Shown: piece after piece, positions 47,320 through 56,330 of the stretch
Numbering within the stretch: position 1 is the stretch's first letter
Layout of the letters: each line of letters opens with the position of its first letter
DNA from: Clostridia bacterium
GTDB lineage: Bacteria > Bacillota > Clostridia > Oscillospirales > CAG-272
Length of the DNA: 64,000 nucleotides
Assembly (NCBI GenBank): GCA_017466685.1
Contig: JAFTTS010000140.1
Span: 715-64,714 of the forward strand
Direction of reading: 5' to 3'
Notes under the pieces: model-generated
What the model was told of the DNA's origin: nothing
Databases searched by the model: none
What the model saw: the letters and a program-made list of their open reading frames with translations, nothing else
Program-made: the position numbers and the translations under genes

Positions 47320-47760
47320 TTGTTTTACTGCGGAATATTGTTCTGCTGCTTTGGCTAACATAAAGCCTCGCCCTCCGGGAGAGGTGGCGAGCGAAGCGAG
47401 ACGGAGAGGGCAAAGTACGCCGCTTCGAATTTCGCGTAATACATGAGGGGAGCAGGAACCAGCTGCGCAGTTTCCTATTCCCCTCATACTCCCCTTTGCA
47501 CCTCCTTGCCTTACGCCCGGGTTGCGCTCAGTCGCTAACGCTCCAATTCGCTTTGACACCTGTACACATCGAGCCGCCACCTTACGAGGGCGGCTTCACT
47601 CCCCTGTTTCTTTCACTGCAAAAAAGTTAGTCTGTGCAGACAAGTTTCGTTTTACAGCGGAACATTGTTTGGCTGCTTTGACTAACTTATAGCCTCGCCC
47701 GCCGGGAGAGGTGGCGAGCGAAGCGAGTCGGAGAGGGCAAAGTACGATTCTTCAAACTTC
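47320..47760. repeat. locus D of the interspersed structured repeat family (about 1.3 tandem units)
   Basis: The unit starting TTTTACTGCGGAATATTGTT...GCCTCGCCCTCCGGGAGAGGTGGCGAGCGAAGCGAGACGGAGAGGGCAAAGTACG at about 47323 restarts at about 47649 (TTTTACAGCGGAACATTGTT...GCCTCGCCCGCCGGGAGAGGTGGCGAGCGAAGCGAGTCGGAGAGGGCAAAGTACG). Confidence 0.9.
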
Positions 47761-47774
47761 ACATGAAATCTCTC

Positions 47775-47812
47775 TAAACAAAAAGGAGCTGCTTTCGTAG
47801 AACAACTCCTGA
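47775..47812 (-). terminator. intrinsic terminator of the maturase-like gene
   Basis: On the minus strand, stem AGGAGTTG/CAGCTCCT (one mismatch) followed by TTTTTGTTT. Confidence 0.6.
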
Positions 47813-47818
47813 AATTTA

Positions 47819-48478
47819 TTATTTTGCTGCGGTTTCGCACATCATTACGCATTCGATACGCTTCTTTTCAAGCTCACATTTCGCATTTTGCGCAGACGCC
47901 AGCGAACAAAGCTTGAATGCCCAACAGCCTGCGCAGGATTCTTCGTCATGTGTTGCCGGAATATGTTTTTCAAATGCGGTGAACGGCTTTTCGTCTGCTC
48001 CTGCACGTGCACGCTTGACCTGCTCTTTGGCGATTTTTTCAAGCTGCCTTGCGATTGTCGGAACGTCCTCCTCCGTGAATGCAGGGAGGTTTTCGGGCGA
48101 ATCCACGATGCTGATCGTAACATCCTCGCCATCCTCTGCAAGCTTCTTTACGATATCGAAAATGTGAGGATCGGTACGTGTGCATACTGTGTCGCCGACC
48201 TTGATTGCCGCGCCGCCGTGTACTGTTTCACTCTCGCCCTTGCCCTCCGCAAAAAGTTTGCCGTCACGGTAAAGTGCGTAAAGCTCATTATATGTTTCGC
48301 CGATTGCCGCGCTGTCATATTTCGCGAGATCGTATCTGAGTGCTGACGAGCATTCCTTCGGCATAGGCAATTCAATATAGTCGAGCATTTTGTATGCAAG
48401 CTCGGAAAGCGGAAGCACCAGTCCCGATACGTTATCGTACGCGATGCGCTGACCGCCGAATTTGAATGTATGTACCAT
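47819..48478 (-). CDS. SCIFF/anSME-maturase-like protein lacking the radical-SAM core (reduced homologue or decayed gene)
   Basis: 219 aa. The N-terminus is MVHTFKFGGQRIAYDNVSGLVLPLSELAYKMLDYI and the C-terminus is CAGCWAFKLC...CELEKKRIECVMM, resembling the two ends of clostridial rSAM-SPASM maturases. There is no CxxxCxxC anywhere. ATG 48478 is preceded by GGAAGGA. Confidence 0.5.
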   Translation of the reverse strand: MVHTFKFGGQRIAYDNVSGLVLPLSELAYKMLDYIELPMPKECSSALRYDLAKYDSAAIGETYNELYALYRDGKLFAEGKGESETVHGGAAIKVGDTVCTRTDPHIFDIVKKLAEDGEDVTISIVDSPENLPAFTEEDVPTIARQLEKIAKEQVKRARAGADEKPFTAFEKHIPATHDEESCAGCWAFKLCSLASAQNAKCELEKKRIECVMMCETAAK

Positions 48479-48502
48479 TTTGTATTCCTTCCTTTTGAAC
48501 AC

Positions 48503-48533
48503 GTAAAAATATCCCCCGCCACATCGGACGGGA
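48503..48533 (-). terminator. intrinsic terminator after the TIGR04086-like gene
   Basis: On the minus-strand RNA, CCCGUC/GGCGGG (the G.U pair is possible only on this strand) followed by a U-rich tract. Confidence 0.5.
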
Positions 48534-48557
48534 GAATAAAACACTTCGCATATAAAC

Positions 48558-49052
48558 TCAGGTCCGTTTGCCAAGCTGACGTCTCAAGCGCGCTGTCACA
48601 CTGTTTTTTCCCTCTTTGATGCGTGTCCGCTTCGGTCTTGCAACAACACTGCCGACAAGCGACAGGGCGATACACCCGATGTAAACGATTACCGTCCATA
48701 ACGGTGATGCGCTCTCAGAAGTATCCGACCGTAAAAAGAGCGAAAACAGCCACATGACAAGAACATATCCGCCGCCGCTTACAAGAGATGCGCCGAGCCT
48801 TTGCTCCGTATCGGTTTTACTCGCAGTGACACCGCCGAGCAGTGATGCGATGATGAGCACAGCATAAGCAAATATGCCGATAAGACCTTTGGGATCCTTT
48901 GTCATAAGTGCAACTGCGGTCAGTATAAGCGATAACAGCAGTGTTGCCGCGACTGCGATCAGTATACCCCTGAGTGAGGCAAAGAGCAGTTCTCTTAATC
49001 CTGCGGCTTCGTCCTTTGGTTTAGTGTTTATCAAGCTGACTCCTCCTGACAT
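48558..49052 (-). CDS. small membrane protein (TIGR04086-like, from memory)
   Basis: 164 aa with 3-4 TM helices: LRGILIAVAATLLLSLILTAVAL...GGVTASK...GGGYVLVMWLFS. It is encoded directly after yajC. Confidence 0.55.
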   Translation of the reverse strand: MSGGVSLINTKPKDEAAGLRELLFASLRGILIAVAATLLLSLILTAVALMTKDPKGLIGIFAYAVLIIASLLGGVTASKTDTEQRLGASLVSGGGYVLVMWLFSLFLRSDTSESASPLWTVIVYIGCIALSLVGSVVARPKRTRIKEGKNSVTARLRRQLGKRT

Positions 49053-49097
49053 ACAAATAATTTTACTAATTTATATGCCGTGGGAAGTCGACTTATG

Positions 49098-49436
49098 TTA
49101 TTTGTCCGATGCTTTTACGTCAACAGACTTGATTGCGCTGACGTGGAAACGGATGGTTGTACCGTTGCGGCTGGTTTCGATAACAACGGTATCTTCCTTA
49201 ATGCTGACGATCTCGCCGATGATACCGCCGATCGTTGAAACTTCGTCGCCAACCTCAAGCGAGTTGCGCATATCTGCTGCTGCCTTTTCAGCCTTCTTCT
49301 GCGGTCTGTACATGAGGAAATAGAAGATAGCAACCATTGCAACGAGCATTATGATCGTACCGAGTCCTCCCATACCACCACCGGTAGTATTCGGGTCAGC
49401 GGTCTTCGGTGCGCTTTCAAGAAATAAATTAAGCAT
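49098..49436 (-). CDS. yajC: preprotein translocase subunit YajC
   Basis: IMLVAMVAIFYFLMYRPQKKAEK...LEVGDEVSTIGGIIGEIVSI is the YajC signature. ATG 49436 lies 5 nt after GGAGG; the track ORF starts at 49460. Confidence 0.85.
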   Translation of the reverse strand: MLNLFLESAPKTADPNTTGGGMGGLGTIIMLVAMVAIFYFLMYRPQKKAEKAAADMRNSLEVGDEVSTIGGIIGEIVSIKEDTVVIETSRNGTTIRFHVSAIKSVDVKASDK

Positions 49437-49515
49437 GATAACCTCCAAAAAAATATTCATTCTACAATATTATAGCGTATCTTTGATGTAATTTCAAGAG
49501 CAAATTGTAAACTTG

Positions 49516-50283
49516 TTAATATTTTCCGATAAATTCGATCTTTCGTTCCGATGTATTCTGAATATACATAACCGTTCCGACCGATATCGCTGTACAGACG
49601 GCTACGAGAATCGGCAGATTTCCATGGTATAACGGGATAAGGAGTCCACAGGTGTTAAAGCCGATGTGGAAAAGTATCGAGGCTAAAAGTGAGTCGCTTT
49701 TTTCAAACACCCATGCGAGCAGGAGCCCGAGCAGAGAAGCGTAGATCACCTGTATCGTTATGCCGTGTATCATACCGAAAATGCAGGAGGAAATGATCAT
49801 CGCCGCAAATGACGGCAGTATTCTGCGTATACGGGTGTGAACGAGTCCGCGTATTGTTATTTCCTCGCAGAGAGGTGCGAGCAGAACGGTGTAAATGATC
49901 GCCATTACGTCATTCGGAGCGGTTATCATGGATATTGCGGTTTCGTACTCATTAAGCCACGACTCGGGAAAGGGGATCAATGCGAGGATATATGCCATTA
50001 TGACGTTGACTGCCGCACCGAATATCGGCATTAGTACATAGCTTACCGGTCGGATTTTTTTGATTCCGATCTCGACTGTGACATTTTTTCTTCGCAGGAC
50101 GAAAATAAGGATGTAGATGGCGATTGTCAGCACCGATGCGATCACGCTTAAATGAGCGAGATATTTATTGACATCTCCCACAAAGAAAAGTGCACCGAAG
50201 GCAACGGCAAACTGACAGCCGAGGTAAATGCCAAGGTAGAGGACAGCCGCACCGAGATTTTTAAGGGCGTTTTTTATATTCAT
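49516..50283 (-). CDS. CPBP-family intramembrane glutamic endopeptidase (CAAX protease-like)
   Basis: Motif 1 APLCEEITIRG, motif 2 FGMIHG, motif 3 HIGFN, in a polytopic protein. Confidence 0.8.
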   Translation of the reverse strand: MNIKNALKNLGAAVLYLGIYLGCQFAVAFGALFFVGDVNKYLAHLSVIASVLTIAIYILIFVLRRKNVTVEIGIKKIRPVSYVLMPIFGAAVNVIMAYILALIPFPESWLNEYETAISMITAPNDVMAIIYTVLLAPLCEEITIRGLVHTRIRRILPSFAAMIISSCIFGMIHGITIQVIYASLLGLLLAWVFEKSDSLLASILFHIGFNTCGLLIPLYHGNLPILVAVCTAISVGTVMYIQNTSERKIEFIGKY

Positions 50284-50449
50284 TGCAAGCCTTTCGGTAA
50301 AATGTGATGTTTTTTTAATTATAGCCCACATACAGGCAAAAATAAAGCATAATTTGTTAATATTGAAATGAAAATTTACAATAAATGAATATACAAACCG
50401 CGGATTTTATGATACAATTAAAATAACTATTGATTAAAGAGGTGACGCA

Positions 50450-51655
50450 ATGTCTGCCGACAAAATAACGGAAATTTTCAGTGACGTTATCGGACGTCGT
50501 ATACTTAAAAAAGCAATTTTCTCGAAAGCAGAGGAAAAAGCAACACAAAAAGAGGTTGCCGCATTTGCCAAAAAGTCTGACGGCACAATGCTTTTGGCTG
50601 TTGAACGCTTCACTCGTGACAACAAGACCTTCAGAAGAAATCTTTCGCTTGACGATACTGCCGAGCTTTGCCGTATGACACTTGAGGATTACCGTCAGGT
50701 CAACATAATAACGACTGCAGGGGATATTGAGATCAAACGCTCGAAATCGGGCAGTGTACACATTTCGGGAAAGCTTATGCAGGATGCCGAAAAAACCGAG
50801 GTCAGTGCCGAGGGAAAGAAATATATCCTTGACACCTCGCGTGACATAGGTTTTTTGCGTGAGCTTGGAATATCCGATTCAAACGGACGTATACACGATA
50901 AAAAACAGGCGAAATTCCGTCAGATCAACCGTTTTCTTGAGATCATACGTGACGTTGAGGATGGGTTGCCGAGGGAGCGTCCTGCGGTGATCTACGATCT
51001 TTGCTGCGGCAAGAGTTATCTGACGTTTGCGGTTTATTACTATTTTGCCGTGCTCAAAAAACGCGAGGTCAGGATGTACGGTGTTGACCTTAAGGAGGAC
51101 GTTATCGAATACTGTAATGAGGCGGCAAAGCGTCAGAATTTCACGCATCTTCGTTTTGTCAGCGGAAACATAAACGATTATCAGCCGCCCGAGCCGCCCG
51201 ACATGGTTATCTCGCTGCACGCCTGTGACATTGCGACGGATATTGTGCTTGCGAATGCGATCAAATGGCAGGCTCGTATCATTCTTTCAACGCCGTGTTG
51301 TCACCATGAGATGTCAAAGCAGCTTGCCGTAAGGACAGAGAATGTCCCCATGCGTGATGAGCTTGCGTTTATACTCGACCATCCCATGCTTAAACAGAAA
51401 TTCTGCGACTGTGCGACGGATGCACTGCGTGTCAAACGTCTCGAATCGGTCGGTTACAATGTTACAACCCTTGAATTGATCGATCCCGATGACACGCCGA
51501 AAAATCTGATGATACGTGCAGTCAGGGCTGTGTCACCGTCTCTGAAAAAGTGCACCGCGGCAATGAGGGAATATGAACGTATATCCGAGTCGCTCGGTGT
51601 TACACCTTATCTTGACCGTCTTATCAAAGCAAATGAGACGGATGCTGCCAAATAA
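50450..51655 (+). CDS. class I SAM-dependent methyltransferase
   Basis: 401 aa with motif I VIYDLCCGKSYLT, followed by acidic-loop and post-I segments (GVDLKEDVI, VISLHACD). Confidence 0.7.
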   Translation: MSADKITEIFSDVIGRRILKKAIFSKAEEKATQKEVAAFAKKSDGTMLLAVERFTRDNKTFRRNLSLDDTAELCRMTLEDYRQVNIITTAGDIEIKRSKSGSVHISGKLMQDAEKTEVSAEGKKYILDTSRDIGFLRELGISDSNGRIHDKKQAKFRQINRFLEIIRDVEDGLPRERPAVIYDLCCGKSYLTFAVYYYFAVLKKREVRMYGVDLKEDVIEYCNEAAKRQNFTHLRFVSGNINDYQPPEPPDMVISLHACDIATDIVLANAIKWQARIILSTPCCHHEMSKQLAVRTENVPMRDELAFILDHPMLKQKFCDCATDALRVKRLESVGYNVTTLELIDPDDTPKNLMIRAVRAVSPSLKKCTAAMREYERISESLGVTPYLDRLIKANETDAAK

Positions 51656-51675
51656 TATAAATGTGTAAAATTAAG

Positions 51676-51703
51676 CCTCTCCGAAAATATGGAGAGGTTT
51701 TTG
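51676..51703. terminator. bidirectional terminator between convergent genes
   Basis: Stem CCTCTCC/GGAGAGG with an 8-nt loop, then TTTTT. The upstream side is A-rich. Confidence 0.7.
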
Positions 51704-51712
51704 TATTGTATT

Positions 51713-52813
51713 TTATCTGACGGCGGCACTTTTTGGGGCAGCAAGTACACGGTTTTTACCCTCGTGCTTTGCCATATATAAGGTTTTGTCCGCCTGTTCG
51801 AAAAAGGTATCTCTTGTTGTCTCCGATGTGTATTTTGCAACACCTGCCGAGAATGTTATGGGTGAGCTTGTAAAAGCAAAGGTGTAACTGCGAAATTCAT
51901 CAAGTATATTTTGCATGATATCGCAGACCGCATCCGTGCTTTTTCCGAGAAAGATAACCGCAAATTCCTCTCCGCCGTAACGGTAAGCCGAGTCGTTTTG
52001 CGTGCAATGCTTTTGTATTGTTTTGGCAAGGTGGATCAGAACAGTGTCGCCGCAGTCGTGACCGTATGTGTCGTTGATCTTTTTGAAATTGTCAACGTCC
52101 ACCATAACCAAACAAAGCGCATTTTCCGCACTGTGATCTTTTATCATTTCATCCAGCTTGTTTGTAAATGCATTGTGGTTATAAAGCCCGGTCATCTGGT
52201 CTCGCTGTACGTCGTCCATCAGCTTGTCATTTTGTTCTGCCTGAGATTCGATTGTTATGTAATTCTGCCCTGAGAAATTGATGGATATGATACCGCAAAG
52301 GTAAGAAACGAAGGTGAAGCCGAGCAATATAAGCAGATTAAGTCCTGTGGTGAGCGTTATTCCTTCCTCTATCCAAAAGGCGGCACCGACACAGGCATGA
52401 ATGAAAACAGAAGCCGCAAAGCTCATATTAAGCAGCTTTCTGTCATTGAACATTGCGGAAAGTACAATGGGGAAAATAAAGGCACAGCTTGTTACAATGT
52501 ATTCTTTATGAATCACCGCAACAACAAAGGATGTGATCAGAGCCGCAGTAATGATACATTTGTTTTTTCGCTTACGGCTGACCTTCGGATTTTCACCGAT
52601 AGCTCTGGCAACCAAATGCGTAATTACATTAACAACAATCGGAAAAACAACACCGTACCACAAATAAGCGTTTTTCGGCGAAAAGCTTTCGACACCTGAG
52701 ATAACCATGATTATGTATCCCACGATTTCAATCACGGAAACGGTAAGCACCGTAATTGCGTGAACATTTGTAAGCTGATGCCGAAACCTGTCATGAAGGG
52801 TTTTGTTATCCAT
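51713..52813 (-). CDS. membrane-bound diguanylate cyclase (GGDEF domain)
   Basis: About 190-aa N-terminal multi-TM region, then a GGDEF domain with the active site RYGGEEF and an upstream RxxD-like segment. Confidence 0.85.
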   Translation of the reverse strand: MDNKTLHDRFRHQLTNVHAITVLTVSVIEIVGYIIMVISGVESFSPKNAYLWYGVVFPIVVNVITHLVARAIGENPKVSRKRKNKCIITAALITSFVVAVIHKEYIVTSCAFIFPIVLSAMFNDRKLLNMSFAASVFIHACVGAAFWIEEGITLTTGLNLLILLGFTFVSYLCGIISINFSGQNYITIESQAEQNDKLMDDVQRDQMTGLYNHNAFTNKLDEMIKDHSAENALCLVMVDVDNFKKINDTYGHDCGDTVLIHLAKTIQKHCTQNDSAYRYGGEEFAVIFLGKSTDAVCDIMQNILDEFRSYTFAFTSSPITFSAGVAKYTSETTRDTFFEQADKTLYMAKHEGKNRVLAAPKSAAVR

Positions 52814-52831
52814 TACCTGTATATCCTTTTC

Positions 52832-53314
52832 TTATTCGCACTGCTTTTTTTCGTGAAAGCGTTTTGATATATGCATCAGTACGCTCACGATGATCGATGC
52901 AAAGCTTACACCGACTGCGATACCGAGTGCTATACTGAGTGTCGGTTTCGCATAAAAGAGCAGCTTTTCCTGATTATAGAATAACGTATAATATATTGTA
53001 TAGTAAAGTCCGCGTCCCGGGACGATCGGTATCGCACAGGGGAAGAGGAATATTACTGCCGGCGCATGAAGTATACGAGCGAAAAATTCCGAATAAAGCG
53101 CCATAAACAGTGACGACATAAACGCCGAAAGCATCGGATCACCGCCGAGCACAGCCGTCAATTCGTACACTGCCGATGTGGTGAGTCCGCCGAGTGCTGC
53201 CCAGAAAAGGCGTTTGCGCGGTACCTTGAACATAAGTGAAAAGCCGATCGTACCCGTGATCGAGGTGATCAGACGGATGATTATGCCCATGAGCTCTTCG
53301 TTTGTTATATTCAT
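52832..53314 (-). CDS. threonine/serine exporter family protein (ThrE_2 / YjjB-like)
   Basis: 160 aa with 4-5 TM helices. It overlaps the upstream ThrE-like gene by 4 nt, which is the typical two-gene arrangement. Confidence 0.7.
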   Translation of the reverse strand: MNITNEELMGIIIRLITSITGTIGFSLMFKVPRKRLFWAALGGLTTSAVYELTAVLGGDPMLSAFMSSLFMALYSEFFARILHAPAVIFLFPCAIPIVPGRGLYYTIYYTLFYNQEKLLFYAKPTLSIALGIAVGVSFASIIVSVLMHISKRFHEKKQCE

Positions 53315-54120
53315 CCTGCAACACCTCCCAAAAGAAGGATCGCGAGGGCGTAACCGATTGCAATCATTACAGCAATGATGACAGCCTGTACTATTTTGAG
53401 TGTTCCTGCCAGTGTGTCACCGCCGAGCAGATCACGCATGGCGTTTCCGAGGGATAGTCCGGGGATGAGTATCATTATCGTTCCGATGATTATCATGTCG
53501 AGGTTTTCGCCGAGTCCGATTCGCACGCAAAGGCAGGCGAGTATTCCCGAAACAAACGAAACGAGTGTGGTTTTTGCCATTTTGTTGAAGTAATCGATCT
53601 TCACCTCATCGAAAAGATACATCACGATGGCGATGAGGGCTGCAGAGATACCGTCGCGCAGAGTGCCGCCGAAGAATACCGCAAAGCTTCCTGCCGCTAA
53701 AATGTAACCGAGAAGTATAAGATAAAACGGGTACACGCGTTCATGCTTGATCCTTCGTATCTGCTCATCAACCTCGTCTATACTTGGCTTTTCTTCGCAT
53801 ATTCTGCGCGAAAGGGCATTGTAAAGCTCGAGTCTTGTTAAGTGGTTTGCGATATCGAAAATTCGTCTTGACTGGGTTGAATGAGTGCCGTCGGGCATAT
53901 AAATTGCGACTAAGATCAGCGAATGAATCGTGAAAACGTCGATATGTGCCGCGCCGTATGTCCGACATACCTTTTCGATCGCGACCTCGACACGGTGAAC
54001 GTCCGCGCCGTTTTTTAAAAGTCCCTCGCCGATATCAAGCGCGATGCGAAGGACGTTATCGGCAAAGCTTCCCGTGTATGGAGTTAACTTGGGAAGTGCC
54101 GTGGTTTCGGGATTGGTCAA
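53311..54120 (-). CDS. threonine/serine exporter family protein (ThrE / YjjP-like)
   Basis: 269 aa with a soluble N-terminal half (ALDIGEGLLKNGADVHRVE) and a C-terminal TM bundle. Confidence 0.7.
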   Translation of the reverse strand: MTNPETTALPKLTPYTGSFADNVLRIALDIGEGLLKNGADVHRVEVAIEKVCRTYGAAHIDVFTIHSLILVAIYMPDGTHSTQSRRIFDIANHLTRLELYNALSRRICEEKPSIDEVDEQIRRIKHERVYPFYLILLGYILAAGSFAVFFGGTLRDGISAALIAIVMYLFDEVKIDYFNKMAKTTLVSFVSGILACLCVRIGLGENLDMIIIGTIMILIPGLSLGNAMRDLLGGDTLAGTLKIVQAVIIAVMIAIGYALAILLLGGVAG

Positions 54121-54166
54121 ACTTTTTCTCCTGCCTTTTATGTGTTATTATACTGCTTATATGAAA

Positions 54167-54676
54167 TTATTCGTTGCCGCGATTTATGAGCGAGCCGCTT
54201 CCGCGTTCAAGCGCAACGACACCCGTGCGGCACATTTCGATGATACCGTACGGCGCGACAAAGTCAATAAACGCATCGATCTTTGAGCTTTGTCCGGTCA
54301 TTTCGATGCAGAGCTCATCCGGAGTGAAGTCAACGACCTTGCAGCGGAAAACGTTGACGGCATCAAGGATCTCACCCCGTGTCTGTCCCGTTGCACGGAG
54401 CTTTATCAGCATAAGTTCACGGATGACTGTGGTTTCCGGCGGCATTAAGTCGATCTTGATAACGTCGTGGAGCTTACGCAGCTGCTTGATTATCTGTTCC
54501 TTTGTAGCGTCGTCACCTGTTGCGGTGATGGTTATGCGTGAATATGCGCGGTCCTCCGTTTCACCGACGGTAAGGCTGTCGATGTTGAAGCCGCGGCGTG
54601 CGAAAAGGCTTGTTACGCGCATAAGTACACCGTATTGGTTTGAAACGAGTACGCCGAGTACGAATTTGTTGTTCAT
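54167..54676 (-). CDS. ilvN: acetolactate synthase small (regulatory) subunit
   Basis: ACT domain start LGVLVSNQYGVLMRVTSLFARRGFNIDSLTVGET. 169 aa, 14 nt after ilvB. Confidence 0.9.
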   Translation of the reverse strand: MNNKFVLGVLVSNQYGVLMRVTSLFARRGFNIDSLTVGETEDRAYSRITITATGDDATKEQIIKQLRKLHDVIKIDLMPPETTVIRELMLIKLRATGQTRGEILDAVNVFRCKVVDFTPDELCIEMTGQSSKIDAFIDFVAPYGIIEMCRTGVVALERGSGSLINRGNE

Positions 54677-54690
54677 TGTTTTTTCTCCTG

Positions 54691-56319
54691 TTAATCGGTT
54701 ACAGTGGTTTCATTCGGCATAATATCGCAGTCGATAACAAACGGAAGCGTGTTCTTCGGATCAAATGCACGTTTCAGTGCCGCGTCAAGCTCACTGACGG
54801 TTTTTACCTTTGCACCGTCTGCACCGAATGCCTTTGCGAGCAGTGTGAAATCGGTTTTACGCTCAAGAGCTGATTGACTTTCGCGCCCGAACATTGCGTT
54901 TTGCCATTCTCTGACCATTCCGAGCGATTTATTGTTCATGATGATGATAACAAGCGGTATTTTATAGCTTACAGCGGTTGCAAGCTCGGTGAGGTTCATG
55001 CCGAAGCTGCCGTCACCTGTGAAAAGCACACAACGCTTGCCGCCTTTTGCTATGGATGCACCGATTGCCGCACCCATACCGAAGCCCATTGTTCCGAGTC
55101 CGCCGCTTGTTAAAAAGCTCCTCTCACCCGATATCGGATAACGCTGTGCTGTCCACATCTGATGCTGGCCGACGTCGGTTATGATACTGAGTCCGCGTGA
55201 ATAATCTGCAACGGCATCGATGATTTTATAAGGCGTGAGCTTATCGTCGTTTTCGGCTTTCTTCCTGTACGGGAGCGATGCAACCGTCTTTTTCCATTCG
55301 GGATGCTTTTGCGGCCTGATACGCTCAAGAAGTGCAGTCAGTACAGGACGTATCTCGCCGATGACATATGCCGCATCCTTGACGTTTTTGTCAACCTCGG
55401 CAGGATCGATGTCAATTTGTACGATTTGGGCATCCTTGACGATCTCTCCGTGTGCCCCTGTTGCACGGTCGGTAAAGCGTGCGCCGATCGCGATGATAAC
55501 GTCTGCGCTCTTCATAGAACGTGTTGCAAAGGGGTGACCGTGCATACCCGTAAGTCCGAGCATTGACGGAAAATCGTGCTCGATTGCCGAAAGTCCCATC
55601 AGGCTGGCACCGCACGGCGCATCGATCTTTTCAGACAGCTCTTTGACAAGCTCGCCTGCTCCTGCGCTGACAACTCCGCCACCGCAGTATATGAACGGAC
55701 GCTCGGCACTCTCAATTATTGCAGCAGCAGAAGAAAGCTCGTCCTCCGAGGGCTCGGGCTGATTTTTTTCGGGGAGTGATACAGGTGTAAACTCGGTTTT
55801 CGCGATCTGTATATCCTTGGGTATATCAACGAGTACCGGTCCGCAGCGTCCTTCACGTGCGATTGCGAAGGCTTCCTTCAGGATTCGGTGAAGCTCGCGG
55901 ATGTCCTTGACTATATAATTGTGTTTTGTTATCGGCATGGTGATATCGGCGATGTCGAGCTCCTGGAAGCTGTCACGTCCGATCTGATCTGTCGGTACGT
56001 TTCCCGTTATGGCAACCATCGGCACCGAATCGAGATATGCCGTTGCAATACCGGTTACGAGATTTGATGCACCGGGACCGGAGGTTGCGATAACAACGCC
56101 GACCTTACCTGTGGTACGTGCAAAACCGTCAGCAGCGTGTGCCGCACCCTGTTCATGTGCCGTTAAAATATGACGTATATGGCGACGTTTCTTTTGCAGC
56201 TCGTCGTATATATGCAGAATCTGTCCGCCCGGATATCCGAAAACCGTATCAACATTTTCTTCGATCAGTGTACGGACGATTATCTCTGCACCGCTTAGTT
56301 TTTTTGTTTTTTCTTTCAT
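54691..56319 (-). CDS. ilvB: acetolactate synthase large subunit (biosynthetic type)
   Basis: MKEKTKKLSGAEIIVRTLIEENVDTVFGYPGG..., the ThDP motif GLGTMGFGMGAAIGA, and ...GDGSFGMN. ATG 56319 lies 8 nt after AGAGG. The track ORF (to 56535) includes leader sequence. Confidence 0.9.
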   Translation of the reverse strand: MKEKTKKLSGAEIIVRTLIEENVDTVFGYPGGQILHIYDELQKKRRHIRHILTAHEQGAAHAADGFARTTGKVGVVIATSGPGASNLVTGIATAYLDSVPMVAITGNVPTDQIGRDSFQELDIADITMPITKHNYIVKDIRELHRILKEAFAIAREGRCGPVLVDIPKDIQIAKTEFTPVSLPEKNQPEPSEDELSSAAAIIESAERPFIYCGGGVVSAGAGELVKELSEKIDAPCGASLMGLSAIEHDFPSMLGLTGMHGHPFATRSMKSADVIIAIGARFTDRATGAHGEIVKDAQIVQIDIDPAEVDKNVKDAAYVIGEIRPVLTALLERIRPQKHPEWKKTVASLPYRKKAENDDKLTPYKIIDAVADYSRGLSIITDVGQHQMWTAQRYPISGERSFLTSGGLGTMGFGMGAAIGASIAKGGKRCVLFTGDGSFGMNLTELATAVSYKIPLVIIIMNNKSLGMVREWQNAMFGRESQSALERKTDFTLLAKAFGADGAKVKTVSELDAALKRAFDPKNTLPFVIDCDIMPNETTVTD

Positions 56320-56330
56320 ATGTGATACCT

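Noticed and set aside
48148-48699. An alternative-frame ORF with a Cys cluster (ACRQCCCKTEADTHQRGKKQC) as a candidate SCIFF-like precursor.
   Set aside because: It overlaps the 3' end of the TIGR04086-like gene and the 5' end of the maturase-like gene in another frame. It has no SD and does not resemble the SCIFF C-terminal Cys pattern.
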